DNA from: Eledone cirrhosa
Taxonomy: Eukaryota
Direction: 5' to 3'
Length of the DNA stretch: 64,000 nucleotides
NCBI GenBank assembly: GCA_964016885.1
Contig: OZ024745.1
Span: 27,714,001-27,778,000 of the forward strand
Each line of letters opens with the position of its first letter. The stretch's first letter is position 1. Below, piece after piece: positions 30,128 through 45,006 of this stretch. The notes under the pieces were generated by a model that saw only the letters and a program-made list of their open reading frames with translations, had not been told where the DNA came from and searched no databases. The position numbers were made by a program, and so were the translations under genes.

Positions 30128-30390
30128 TGCGTGGCTTAGAAGTTAGGAGTGTCAAGCTTGGGATTGTAATTTCGTGAGTTCGATTCACGACAGCGCTGTG
30201 TCCTAAGGCAATACACTAATACACTGTTTTTCAGGTTGCTTCTTTCCATCTTACTGCCAAAAAGTTGTACCAGTAATTCAAATGCCTAACAGTATCTTGA
30301 CACACACTTTCACGGTGTGTATACGGCCGAAATATGTTATGGGTGCACGTGTCTCTGTAATGTTCCCTCACGTTAATTTCTCGAATAATC
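30128..30390 (+). mobile_element. Old tRNA-derived SINE, second family
   Basis: TGGCTTAGAAGTT A-box-like, GTTCGATTC B box, TGTGTCCTAAGGCAATACACT core; related minus-strand fragment at ~36500-36685. Confidence 0.55.
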
Positions 30391-31119
30391 GACGGCTATC
30401 CAACACTCACACCATATATACATATATATATAGAAGTAGTAACACTTCTACCAAACTCGTCCCATGGACTGAGAGTGCTTTATTACCTTCCAGTGTTCTA
30501 CCCATATATATATATATATATATATAGCTAGCTCGGCTAAAGCAAGTCGGCTTTTACTTATATAATTCCCCGACCATGGATTCTGGAACTCAAGATACAA
30601 CATCGGTAATTCCAAGACATTGGAATAACCAATGTTGGATGAATTTCAGTTCCTTCATCTGGAGGAGAATTCTTTCTTAGGAATAAGCATACATACCATG
30701 TCCTTGCTAGACGGTATGGTGAACAACGTGTTGCATTGCTGAATTACCATATGAATATATTTCACTTAATGTAATAGAACAAGACGACGGACTTATATTG
30801 ATGCTGGAAATAGCAGCCAAATAACAGTCTAAATCAGCTCAGCAATGATACAGCAGTCAATATTAATTTATAACTCTATAAAGTTACCTGTCTCTACATG
30901 TAAACATCTCAAGAAAACATATAAGATATATTAATAAATTATCAACCCATAGAAATAATGTTTCATTACTTGTCTGAGTTGATAACTTATTAATATATCT
31001 TATTCTTTCATTGAGATATTTACAGATTAGAGACAGCTAACTTCGAATATTATCAACATCCGATATAAAACTCACGAATACAATATTTTCGTGAGTTTTA
31101 TATATATATATATATATGT

Positions 31120-31191
<72 letters not shown>

Positions 31192-31963
31192 TACATTATA
31201 ATGTTATGGTACATTTAAAAAAATAGTACTACAATAGTGTAGATATGCATTTATTAATAAAATATACACGAAATAATGGCTAAAAAGATGCAGTATGATT
31301 ATTAGTGCGGTTGTTAATAATCAACGCAACTTCAAAACAAAAACTAGACATGTCACAACTTTACACATATATACCTTGTATATTTTAGTAAATGTCAATC
31401 ACAACTTGACATTGTTACACAACTCTCTTGTTTTGACAAAACAACTTAATTACAGACTTTCAACTGTAACCTCATTTTTGTTGTTTAGAGTACAGGTAAC
31501 CCTAATGAAATGGGATTCTGGTTTATGGCATTCCAGCTGTGTCTATCATATTATATTTCTGTTATATCCATTGTATTCGTGAGTTTTATATCGGATATTG
31601 ATAATATTCGATTCCTTTGCAAGAAAACAGCCTCGTTAGGTTATGTTTTTTAGACGACTATCGTCATCCGGTTGTTCTATCGGTGACAGAGAAACAATCG
31701 ACAAAGTTGTTTCTGGGTTACTGCCATTTGTCAAGATTGTGTATCTCTTTTCTGTCACATTCTCTGAATGTAGTTGACAGCCGAGAGAAAAGAGTACTCA
31801 ATACCGAAATAAAGTTTAAATATTCATTTATTAAGGCTAAATAATGAAATTCGTTGCTCTGGATTTGCGCCTGCTCCTTACAAGGTCATCAGCCAAGATG
31901 TTCTCATCTGATGACCCTATGGGAAGCAAGCGACACTCCTGAGCAACAAGACTTAATGAATGA

Positions 31964-32019
<56 letters not shown>

Positions 32020-32024
<5 letters not shown>

Positions 32025-32621
32025 CTGAATTTTTCGAATATTAATAATAATATTCGATACGTTTGCAATCATGAAAACATCCTCTTTAAGGCATGTCAGT
32101 AAAATGACCCCGTCATTCTTGCTCTGTGTTGGCATATAAACAAAACGCCAGACACTAGTGTTAGTTATTTGAATATGACAAAGCAGTCCATTAGTCGCTC
32201 GTATACATGAAACTGACTGGCCCATCTGGCTAATCATTGGGTCTGCTAATATGCAGATCTGACTGATCAGGCAGTCTGCTACTATGCAAATCGGGCTGAT
32301 CAGGCAGTCTGCTACTATGCAAATCGGGCTGATCAGGCAGTCTGCTAATATGCAAATCGGGCTGATCAGCCACTGTCTATTTCAGAAAACAACATACATT
32401 TTCACTAGCTTTGAAATTTGGCAGGTAAGCAGTATATGGTACTGATGAAGGATAATCACCCAGAAACATTAGTATGCCAACACAAGAGCAAGAATTCTAC
32501 TGATATGGCTTAAAAAAGGTGTTTGTATAATTGCAAACGTATCGAATATTATTATTGATATTCGAAAAACTCAGATTACATTTATTGTATTCAGCCATGT
32601 AGAGCGATAAAACTATCTGTT

Positions 32622-32622
<1 letters not shown>
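32020..32622 (+). mobile_element. Spaced fold-back insertion containing a minisatellite and a hammerhead
   Basis: Diverged arms ~32020-32136 / ~32473-32579, tail to 32622; 33-bp unit x4 at 32241-32372. Confidence 0.7.
32437..32479 (+). ncRNA. Minimal type I hammerhead
   Basis: UGGUA-CUGAUGA-aGGauaaucacCCa-GAA-ACauuaGU-A-UGCCA. Confidence 0.75.
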
Positions 32623-32700
<78 letters not shown>

Positions 32701-32740
32701 GAATATATATATATTTTTATATATGTACACACACACACAT

Positions 32741-32849
<109 letters not shown>

Positions 32850-34148
32850 TGAATAAAGAGTTATGAAGAATCTTGACAGGTGAAACTTGTATAACTAAAA
32901 CAAAATATATAAATGAAACAAGTTGACCATTGACATGAATTTAGATAAATTTGTTAAGGGATGAAGTAAGAAATCACATACACACAGCAATTCCTGTTGA
33001 CAAATATGCTAAGGGATGATTGATATTCCCTTCTTCGTTGTCAGCAACTCCCTAACAAATAGAAAACAACTTGAAGAAATGAAGGAACAATTTCATAAAT
33101 TTTACATGATTAGGATGAAATCTGATCTTTATTTGCAGTCAAGGATATAGCTATGGACATGTTTCAATGTTATTGACAAAATCTTTATAACATTATATTT
33201 GATAAACATTATATTTGATAAACATTATATTTGATATACATCTCAGGTGATTCTCAGAGGACACTGATTATTATATATACTGAAATATCACGTACATTTC
33301 TATACATTCAGCCCTTCCTTTTAATTTCTTCTTATAATATTCTCCAAAATTTGGGGAACTTTTATGTAGATGAGGAGCAAGGAAATTCCTAATATACGTT
33401 ATTGGTTGGTGTTTGAATGCCCGAGGAATAGTCAGCTGTACTGAGCAGTATCCCCGAAGGGAAATTAATATCAATAATATTAGCAAAGGTTTGAAGTGAA
33501 GAAAGATGCAAGTAGGCGATATGTTGATAATGTATAAATTGAATCTCAAACTTACATGTTCCAAGCAATGGATAAGATTGCATTAAGTAAACTACATGCG
33601 AGAGGCAATGTTCAAGATGATAGCATTTTATTACTAGTTCCAAGGCAGTAATTTTCAATCCTACTTCAAGGCTTATGTTGTATCTCTCAACAAAACTTTT
33701 CAGAAATTTTGATTTCCTCATGTGAAATATATTAATATGCATAAAATAGGTCAAGGAACAAAACTATGGTATAAGATATAGAATAAGAAAGAACAGACAC
33801 CCACACAAATACACACACGCACATACACAGACACACTATAAGACTTACAGTGATTGATATTTGAGTTTATCTGTCATGTAAACCTTTCTTGTATTAAACC
33901 AATCGATACGGATATAGGAAGTCAATCTATAGAAGATCTCCATACTTTTTCTTAACACTCTATATCAAATGTAGAAGTGAAAATGAACCAATGAAAAAGC
34001 GTATAAACTGTCGCTTAAACCATCCTCAAATCATACCCTTTGCCTTAGAAATAAATGATACATTTGGATAATGTGGTCCTGGATGCCCCGAATCTGGAAA
34101 ACATATCTGGATTTCGATATGATCTGGGTCTAAAAACAACCTTTCAAA

Positions 34149-34337
34149 TAATTGTTTCTACGTTTTGGCACAAGGCCAGCAATTACCCAGTACATTACTG
34201 GTACTTTATTTTATCGACCCCGTAAGGATGAAAGGCAAAGTTAACCTCGGCGAGATTTGAACTCAGACTGTAAAGGGACGTAACTATGCTGGAAAGCATG
34301 GCGTCCGACTCTCTACCGATACTGCCAATCCTCCACC
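34149..34337 (-). mobile_element. Full-length SINE family 1 with 13-bp TSD
   Basis: CCTTTCAAATAAT at 34140-34152 and 34336-34348. Confidence 0.9.
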
Positions 34338-35129
34338 TTTCAAATAATGATCAAACCTCACTTTTTTCCCGATGAGAATTATGGACATACGACTTCATAA
34401 ATATTTGTATTGGTGATATTGTCCATGGTCACCCGACTCTCAGCAATGAGGATGGGAAGAGACCAAAATCTAAAACCAACAACAATAAAAAGTCGAAGTT
34501 TCCATATGAATATTACCTTTCATCAATTACTGACCACAGGGTGATAAAATAAAGTAAGTGTTGTAGTCCTTCAAGCAAAATTTTAGAGATGGCGTTTTTA
34601 GCACATCTATCAGTATGACAATCGAAATACTCAACAGAACTATTGATTTTAAGAAAGGGATTTTCATTATTCTACACTGACTGAAGCAGATTTAATGTTA
34701 TTTACACTTTCGTTATAGAAGTTAAATGTAATAAATTTAACACATCTTAATTTACAACTTCAGTCAATATAAGATTATATAAGCATGTTTCTGTGAATGT
34801 ACATAATTATTTTCACGTTTTACAAAGACAATTGAATAATAAGCTGTAGGAAATGTTCTCGTCCATGGAATAATTTGAATTGTCGAGTCAAATGTAGATA
34901 AATAGATAAAATGTCAAAACGTATGTCTATTAAAATTGCTCGAAATTATTCTGTGGTAACTAGACCAAGTGTAGCGTCTGGCTAGCAGAAAGAGACATAA
35001 GACAATTTACAATTTCTCTGGCGTTCGCAAAGAAAACCAAAATAGATAGCTTTACTTCTGTTTTAATAGACAAATGGCGGTTCTACAGACCACTAGTTTC
35101 TGACTGGATAACATTTATGATTGGTTAAA

Positions 35130-35572
35130 ATTATGATCCCAATTTCTGGCAGTTTATGGGAAGCGAAGGTTGTTTATATCGACGCCAGTACTTTAATGGC
35201 ACTTTATTTTATCGACCCCATAAGGATGAAAGGAAAAGTTTAACTCGGTTGGATTTGAACTCAGGACATAAAGAGACGGAGCAAATAGCACAAATCATTT
35301 TATCCGACACTCTAACAATTCTGCCAATCCACCACTCGCTTATTGGCTAAAATAATGATTTTAAATCCAGACACAAGGTCTGCAATTCATGAAGAGGGGG
35401 CAGTTGATAATGTAGACTCGAGTATTTGACTGGTACTTTATTTTATCGATCCCCGTAAGGATGAAAGGCAAAGCTAACATCGGCGGCATTTGAACTCAGA
35501 ATGTAAAGGCCATAACAATATGCCAAAAAGTATGTTGTCCGGCGCTCTAACGATTCTGCTAATTCTCCCCCC
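35130..35572 (-). mobile_element. Two adjacent diverged SINE family 1 copies
   Basis: Core TTTATTTTATCGA..GGATGAAAGG..TTTGAACTCAG at ~35200-35265 and ~35435-35500. Confidence 0.75.
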
Positions 35573-36852
35573 TCTGATTGGTTAAAACAATACAAGTGAC
35601 GGCAATGAAACTAAGCTGTCGTCTGAAAGAGGTCGTAACAAATATATTAGTACAGTTATAGGTCATATTGTCTAATAGTTAAGTATAATATACTGTGCAG
35701 TAGAAAGGGAGATAACTAAATACTGAGGCTTGAAGGACCGCTTCCTTTTCGTGCTGGTCGCCATCGACACCTCAGATGTCCCCAGTTCCCGAACTGCAGA
35801 ATCGGGAAGCCAGCAGCCTGCTTGATGAAGGAGCTCCATGGGGAAGGGTGGCCGAGATTATTTTCCACGCCAATGCCTTCACCATTTTGTCCGCAGGGCT
35901 CAGCTGAAGCTTGCCGCTCGGGCTGGGATGTGCTGCCACTTCGACACCACTTTCCCATTCTTTCGTGGTTCAATTTCTTTTTGCTTTACTCTAGACTTTT
36001 CCTTCCATCATTATGCGTATTATTTGTGTAAAATTATATAAGTATTGATCAACACATTTATACTCATAGTATAGTCGTACATTTGGGTTGTTTTTTTTAG
36101 TGAGTGGGTGTAAATAAATTCTTAGACATAAGCCCACACGTATTCTTATACACACAAGTAAAGATTTTTATGCAACTTATGTAGCTTCATATTATCAGCT
36201 ACTATAGATTCATCCTTTATCAAGCGTCACAAGAGATATTTTGTTATACCAGAATCTGTACTTTCTTAAGTTGCATGTAACATTTTCTCATTAATTAAAT
36301 TCATCTTGAAGATAAGAGAACGCCTTTGCATTTGTATTCTATGGAAGAATGCCAGCTTAATACATTATTATTTTACTGTTATTTATAAATTCCTTCTAAC
36401 TTTTAACCCTTAGTGTTTGCATTGGCATGTACAACTATATTTGGATGAATGACCTGTTTTAATTTAAGTCTTAGTCTAAAGTATGTCTCAAGCGTGGAGG
36501 CTCATCAGACCAGTGCTTATCCCAGTTTTCTTGGCCTTAAGCGACTGAGACTACAATACTCCCTCACCTGGATAGGATGCTAGTCCATCGCACGGTTAAA
36601 CACCCAGCTGCTATCGGTACTCATTTTCAGTTGAATGTACTGAAGCAAAGTGAGATGAAGTGTTTTGCTCACGAACACAACACACAACCTGATCTCTTTC
36701 TCACGTCCTATCTATCACTCTCATTCCTTCTTTGGAATAAATCGGCTGTGTTCAGACCTGGAGAGGAGATGGGCTCTGCCAGGTTAAAAATGTCAATGAA
36801 ACCCTTATTTCTCCCTAGCGCCCCTACCATTCCATGTTATGGGTCTATACAT

Positions 36853-36941
<89 letters not shown>

Positions 36942-37556
36942 CATACATATATCTCTTACATTTTTTTTCAACAATATAAGATATAAATACACTTATTTCA
37001 TTAACTTTCTTTTGGTCTTGCATCCACCACAACAAGGCGCCATCACTTAATCAACCTCTCCTATCATAAAAAAACTCCCTCGTTTGTAAAATACACCAAT
37101 ACTTTATTGCTTTTTCAAACTTTATCACTTTAATCACCAATGTCACTTAGATCATTTCTATCTGACCATCACAACAAAACCCCAATATCCTTCTCACTCC
37201 ATTTTCACTTCCTTGATCATAAAAAAAAATGACAAAAAAAATAATCCTTTTAATTCTTTTATCTTTTATTTTTATTACACCCTTTCAACTATACATACAC
37301 TCTTACACCGCTCTACTCCTCCCAGACCCCCAGACCTTCTAGTTTCTTCTCCCTAAATACATATATGTTTACTTCTTCATCCTCAACACAATACAACAGA
37401 CCCGTTTGAAAATTGCACCGAATAGGAGAAAGTTCCTTGACAAGGATTTAAAGTTCTCCCCAGAAGTTAACAAGGACTTACAAGAACTAATACCAATAAC
37501 GACTTATTGTAAAAATTTGAATTATTAAAGAACAGTCATTCTTCCCTCTTCCCTTT

Positions 37557-37625
<69 letters not shown>

Positions 37626-37635
37626 TATATATATA

Positions 37636-38075
<440 letters not shown>

Positions 38076-39098
38076 TAGATCGCCCTCTCTCTCTCCTTCT
38101 CTGACAAAATTAAATGTGTTCAGACCTGGAGAGAGATGGAGTCCTTCAGGTCTAAAATGCCCAAGACATCCATATGTGATGGCGGTGCCCCTAAGATTCC
38201 ACCAGGAGTTAGGGGTACATACATACATACATAATGCAGACCGTATGAAAGAAATGTTTACGATATGATTCAAATATACAACATGAAAATACTTTTGATG
38301 TATTAGATTGATTTGGAAAACCTTTGTTTATAATTTGTTGTTATCTTTACTTATCGCAATTCAGGTTCATTTGTAAAATTACTTATCTAGATTTGATGTA
38401 CACCATTTGTGGAGAATGCGAATAAATTTTCATGAAAAAAATTTATTTACGATCGTCATTTCTTAGTACAATAATTATTACATCTTAATCTGGTGTGGCA
38501 CGTAGAATTTTAGATTTCCGTCAACAAACTTTTAAAGTAATTGCTATGAATAATAAAGTGGCTTCCAGCCTCAAACGATTTTTATGTTTATGAAGCACTT
38601 TGACTGGCTTTCAGTACGACTTCTCTATAAAGTCCGGCATAATATTTATTTCAAACAATCTAAAGTAAAACGCAAATGAAGATTATGTTTGAAATCGTAT
38701 CAACGGTTGTTGAACACTTTGAAATATATATTGTTGCCACATTCATTATTAATAAATTTAATCTAATGAGAACAAGCTGATTTTGCGTTATTTAATTCAC
38801 GATAAGATATGAGAAGTAGAAACGTCAAAGGAGTATATTATACAATTTGTTTTCCTCCTCTTTACTTCTCAGTTGGAATTCAAAAACCTTTATATTTCGC
38901 CCGTCTGTAATTGCTAAAATAGGCACCAGTAATACATTTGTGTCGATTCATTTCAATTATAACCAGCCCCTTAAAATAGTTTTAGTACCGATTCAAGAGA
39001 AACCAACATAGTAAGTGTAATTCTTTCTCTCTCTCTGTCTATCTATCTATCGACGGGTCGAAACGGCTTGAGCTCTGCCGTCGGGGTCATACTTGTTC

Positions 39099-39239
<141 letters not shown>

Positions 39240-39258
39240 TATCAATCTCGCTATCTCT

Positions 39259-39294
<36 letters not shown>

Positions 39295-39989
39295 CTCTCC
39301 CTCTCTCATCTCTCTCATTCTCTCTCTGCATCACATGACACAAGCTTGATAATTGGATTTCTATTTCAAACATCTGTGTCTAATAATAAACTAAATCCAT
39401 CACATCTCAAATGAATTATTTTCATTTTAGACATTATATTATCTTCTCTCCAATCCTACAAGGTGAAAATATAAAACATCAGCCTCGGCGTGTTGCTCGA
39501 TCTGATAGAAATAGAAAGCAAATCTCATTTAAATCACAAAATAAAAAGATAGAATGGTCGTAACTGGAATGCCTATGATCATGTGTTTGCTTCCTTGGAG
39601 TTGATCTCAGGTTGGACAACAACGACAACATCAACAAGAACAACGTTTCAATTAAACATTTCTGCCAATCTTAAAGGAAGGTTTCTTTCACCATACAACA
39701 ATCTAAGGTTTCTTTCGCCATACACCAGTCTAATAACATTTACGCGGCTTTATTGTAAACATTGATAGAGTTAGTTTACATTTGTTTTTTACTAGGAACA
39801 TCAGAAACAATCAGTAAAATATGTTACTGGTGGACATTTTGAATATGTAAAGTTTGGCATGCTTATGTTTTTGTTATGTACTACAAATTATATGTCAAAG
39901 GTTTGACATGTGTGTCATATATTTTGTCTCATACATAAGTTGTCTTCGAGAACCTCTTTTATATTTCCATAGTAAAGTTGCAATAATTT

Positions 39990-40670
39990 GGTGAATTGGC
40001 AGAGCCGTTAGAACGTCTGATAGAATGGCAGAGTCGTTAGAACGTCTGATAGAATGGCAGAGTCGTTAGAACGTCTGATAGAATGGCAGAGTCGTTAGAA
40101 CGTCTGATAGAATGGCGGATTCGTTAGAACGTCTGATAGAATGGCAGAGTCGTTAGAACGTCTGATAGAATGGCAGAGTCGTTAGAACGTCTGATAGAAT
40201 GGCAGAGTCGTTAGAACGTCTGGTAGAATGCTTTATGGTATTTGTCTCGGCTCTCTGCTCTCTGGGTTCAAATCCCGCCGAAGTCAAATGTACCAGACTA
40301 GTGCTGGGGTCGATTCTTCCTTTATATCTTGTTCCCACTTCCATTCTCTCACTTCTCTCGAAGAAATGTGCTGTATTCAGACCTGGAGAGGACATTGGCT
40401 CCACCAGGTTTAACAGCAAAATGCCCTTACTTAGTTACAGGACTAAGAAGTAAAAAGTAGAGGAGTCGATAAAAGTAGAAGGTCGATAAAAAAATACCAG
40501 CCCAGTACTGGGGTCGATTATTCCTCTATATCTCTTTCTCACTTACGTTCTCTCCATCTTGTATTCAAACCTAGAGAGGAGATGGGCTCCACCAGGTTTT
40601 AAAAATTGCCTTAGAAACGCCGTATGTCAATACGGAGACCCTACGACTCTCACAGGAGTTACGGGGCAAA
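39990..40670 (+). mobile_element. SINE with eight 29-bp head repeats and a duplicated 3' module
   Basis: TGGCAGAGTCGTTAGAACGTCTGATAGAA x8 at 39997-40228; B box GTTCAAATCC at ~40266. Confidence 0.85.
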
Positions 40671-41167
40671 GCGAAGCGAAACTTGTAATGTGTCGTCTTA
40701 AGGCAGTGTGATACAATAAAACCTAGATGTTAATTACTGTTCTTATTATACGAGATATAACGTTAATGAGAACCACTAAAGATTGTGTGCTACTATGGCT
40801 ACCCTAATTAGGCAATATATATGATTGAATCCGAAATACCAAATATTGTAACAGATTTCTATTGTTAATTTTCGCTATATTCTGGGAATTAAACATAGGG
40901 AGATAACTCACAATAGCAAATATAGAAACACTGATAGAATAAATAACAACTCGAATAACAGGGATAACACCATTAACATACTAATTGACCAATCCGGTAG
41001 CCCGATACCCGAGCTAATTCACAAACATCAAGGTCAACTGAAAGATATATCTCCCACTCCTACAAGATCTACTGCGTGAAGTCTTTTCAGGCATATGCTG
41101 GCCAGTCGCCCAAGTGAATAGCTCGTGTGACCTGTTGCAGATCAATGGATATTTACATCTTCTGTAG

Positions 41168-41240
41168 ATTTTATCTGAAGAGAACACATTGGCAGATGTT
41201 ATACAAAAGCCATATATCTTCGAAATACGTATGATAAAAT
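41168..41240 (+). ncRNA. Type I hammerhead with G at the cleavage position
   Basis: AUUUUAU-CUGAAGA-gaaCacauuggc..gccauauauCuuc-GAA-AUACGUAU-G-AUAAAAU. Confidence 0.72.
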
Positions 41241-41659
41241 AAATAGGGATGGACTAACATAACCGTCTTACTTATTTATTATTATAATAAAACTCCGGAT
41301 AAACATAAACGGTTGAGTGCTTAACCGTTGAGTTTTGTATAAGTCGGCAGATTTTCAATCAACCAATTTTCTCTGAATAAATACATATATATATATATAT
41401 ATATATATATCATAGATTGAGTTAGAAATTCAAAATAGTCTTTTACAATGAAATAGCTTAAGGAAGGGAATCTTTCCGAGCCGTGTAATACAATTGAATA
41501 TATGAGAGGGATGAACACCTATAGAACTATACATGTGGTCGAATTGTAAATGACCAAGTTAGCTAGGTTGAGAAAATATTAATTTAAAACAATATGGTTT
41601 GCTTGTCTCGATTTAAAGTAATAAATCAATAAAAATAAGAAACCTATATTGGGCAACTG

Positions 41660-42110
41660 CCTTATTAACTTGCTATTGAACCACACTGGCATACGGACTA
41701 TACTTCTATCCCTGTATGTATTAATTGCATATAGGACGCATACTTTTATTATTATTCTCCCCAATGGTAGAGACACCTTCGGTCGTTCGTATAGCTGCTA
41801 TTTTTAGTAGCATTAGATTGACCTGTCCAACGTGCTTTCGCCTTTGCACGCGTTCCTAACCATAACTGATTCATTCTGAGGCAGTTTGGTATGGCGCCAG
41901 TTTGTAATTTGAACTCGGGAATTTTATATTCTCCGAGAGAGAAAACCCTTCTGACGATGTTCTCTTTCTCAATGGAATTCCACTTGGAATGTCTATTTAT
42001 TTTTGATCTGAAACCGCGGTAAAGGCACATATAGTAAGTACAGTGAACTTTTGTGAATTTAATTATTTATTATTATTTTTTAAGATATTTTCTGTGTTTA
42101 CACTCTCTTG

Positions 42111-42115
<5 letters not shown>
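41660..42115 (+). mobile_element. Diverged, circularly permuted relative of 29444-29947
   Basis: Shares ATTGAACCACACTGGCAT, AGTTTGT.ATTT.AA.TC.GGAATTTTATATTCT and the hammerhead, in a permuted order. Confidence 0.65.
41947..42025 (+). ncRNA. Type I hammerhead with long irregular stem II
   Basis: CCUU-CUGACGA-(52 nt)-GAA-ACCGCGGU-A-AAGG. Confidence 0.7.
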
Positions 42116-42151
<36 letters not shown>

Positions 42152-42569
42152 TTTTCAACGTATTGCCCTCTCCTTCATTTATTTTGCTTATATATATATA
42201 TATATATATATAAGCAAAATAAATGGAGGAGAGGGCAATACGTTCAAAAGCAAAATTTACTTCTTACACGAGGTTTCATCACTTGATATCAATATAACAG
42301 TTCTATACATATAAGTGTGTACGTATGCATATATATTGCTATAAGGAATATTTTTGTAGAATCTTCAAGGAAGAAACATTCTTATAATGATGTTGCTGGA
42401 AGGTAGTAACATTTATAAAACAGCGAATGAAAATTTCCATTACTTGAATAAATATTCCTTTACAGGACAGATAAAAACACGTCGGAGTACATTCCTTAGA
42501 ACATATATATATATACATATATATATATTATATATATATATAATATATGATATATAATATATAATATAT

Positions 42570-42672
42570 GGCAAAATTAACCTCGGCAGGATTTGAACTC
42601 AGAATGGCAAGGACCGTAACTCTATACGTCAAAGCAGGGCGTCCGACCCTCTACCAATACTGCCAATCCACC
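42570..42672 (-). mobile_element. SINE family 1 head fragment
   Basis: A and B box region only. Confidence 0.7.
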
Positions 42673-42741
<69 letters not shown>

Positions 42742-42762
42742 ATGTGTGTGTGTGTGTGTGTG

Positions 42763-42841
<79 letters not shown>

Positions 42842-42842
42842 A
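42763..42842. repeat. (TCTA)n microsatellite upstream of the LINE tandem
   Basis: Direct reading. Confidence 0.95.
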
Positions 42843-43073
42843 ATCTAGCTGTCGTCTGTTCTACAGTATGGATGTAATTCACTTCGCGCAGAAGTTTTGT
42901 TCAAATTTATTGCGGAAATTTTGTGAGTTCAAATTTAATTTTGATACTATTCTGTAGCTTGACCCCCGTCTGAACTGTCAGGCGGTGGGTCAGCTCATCT
43001 TTACTCCTCCTAGAGGTGAAAAACCTGTTTTAAAAAATTTTGTGGCAAAAAAAAATTCAATCGTCTGACAGAA

Positions 43074-44973
43074 ATGTTAAACGAAGCGAACGAAAATAGT
43101 GGTGGGGGGGACAGCGGTAAGAGTTGTAAGCTCGCACGCTTTAGTCCCCCCTTCCTTCCCAACTAACGTCATAGAGAAGGAAGGAAAAATTAAAATAAAA
43201 ACAGACCAATCTGCGGAGAAAAATGACGAAAACACAAATCTGGACATGGATTCCAACAACGAAAAAATAAAATTTGAAAAATTGCATGACAATACTAACA
43301 CCACAAACAAAGACACAACAAACACAAAAATAACATTTGAAAATAACACCATAACAGAAAGCAAAGCAGACGACAGTCAAGATTTCATTTGCACAAACAA
43401 CAAAGAAATCTTTGACATATATACCCGAAAATATTTCAGATGTGGCACGAAGAATCACAGACGCCAAACAATACATAAGTGAAGGAGAGAATGGTATTTT
43501 ATCGGTAAAAATGCCTCAAGAACTCACCAAAGACATTGAAAGTAGAACGGTCGTGTTCCGCACCATCAACAACACTACAAAAAAACCTGAACAGCCTTCT
43601 CAAGCAGATATCAAAACAGTACTCACAGAAGTACTTAATGAAACCACTTTCATAAGAAAAGACAGACTGTACGGAAGCCTAGCAATTATCATGAAGAACG
43701 AATCGGCGGCAAAAAAATGTGCTTTGTCACCGATTCGTTCGAAAAATTTTACCTTTTATCCATCTTATATGGTAAAAGAACTCAACGCATATGGCTGGAT
43801 GCAATGATGCCAGATGTGGACTACTGCTGGCTCATAGCTGGCTTCATCGATCCAGTGAATGACAACGTGATTTCCATTGGGAAAACCACAGGCAATGCGT
43901 TCAGTGGAACAGGTATAGAGCTGGTAGTGCAAATGAAGCCTGAACGCATCGCCCAAATACCCGACAGAATCCTATTAGAGGGCCACGGGTATATAAACAT
44001 TAGCGTGGAGGGGAGAAGGCCGTCCTGTCATATCTGTGCAGGCAGAGGGCACCTGAAGGCCGCTTGTCCCCAACTCAACAAAAAGAAAACCCTGCTACCA
44101 ACACCAGCTCCACCACCACCACCACAACAGATAAACAAACAACAAAACTCAGTCCCACCCAACCCGTCCCTCAGTAAAACCACACCACCACCACAACACA
44201 AACAGTCACAACACATTACCCCAAAACAAAATACAGGCCCACCCAACCCCTCACTCAATAAAACAACACAACCACCGCAGACACAACACACAACACAGTC
44301 TAACATAGTGACATCCATCTCCCCCACAAAGAAAACCAACATGGAAACATTACCAGCAAACATACCTCTTCCCTCCAACACTGAAGATAACCCAACGAAT
44401 TCGGAGGAAGAAACGGAGTCCTTCAGACAGATTAAAAGGAAAAAAAGAAAACATGTGCAAAACACACAAGGCCAAACAACCCCCACCCAAATCTCAACAC
44501 AATCCAACAAAACAGAAAACACCCCTCCAGCAACAAACAAAACCAAACCTGCCCCTCCCCTCTTCGAAACACTCACACCATCCGAAAAAAAGACATTACA
44601 CTATACTTACATCAACAGAAACAATAATAAATTAAATGAACTCATATACAATAATCCTTCGGTACAAACCGAAGGTGTAAACTTTTTTTCTTCAGAAAAC
44701 TACCCACATTTAAAATTAATAAAGATCCCAATGAACCTCTACCAAAAACTAAAAAAGGATTTTAAGGAGGACGTAGGACCACCCTCTGTCAAACCCATAA
44801 ACCGCGTCCTACTAAAAAGCTTTCCCCCTCCCCTTCCCCCCCCCAACACAACTCCAAACACCCCAACCCCACCACACACTGACGACCCCACACCACCACA
44901 AGACACCCCTTTACCCAACACCCCCGACCCCATGGAAGTCGTGCAACCCGAACCCCGGGAAGCGGAAAGGTAG
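43074..44973 (+). pseudogene. ORF1 (zinc-knuckle gag-like), frameshifted
   Basis: ORF pieces 43099-43482, 43412-43807 and 43717-44973 are colinear with copy 2 ORF1; CHICAGRGHLKAAC (CX2CX4HX4C); Pro/Thr-rich C-terminal half. Confidence 0.85.
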
Positions 44974-45006
44974 GTCTCTACACTCTCCTTTGGCTCTGCC
45001 GCCCAC

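Noticed and set aside
31880-31935. GGTCATCAG..CTGATGACC hairpin with CUGAUGA-cc..gg-GAAG
   Set aside because: GAAG instead of GAAA, no UH site and no stem I
35716-36041. GC-rich short ORFs as an exon
   Set aside because: No recognisable motif; probably an old transposon fragment
39997-40228. 29-bp repeats as a CRISPR array
   Set aside because: Head-to-tail with no spacers, inside a SINE, eukaryotic context, no cas genes
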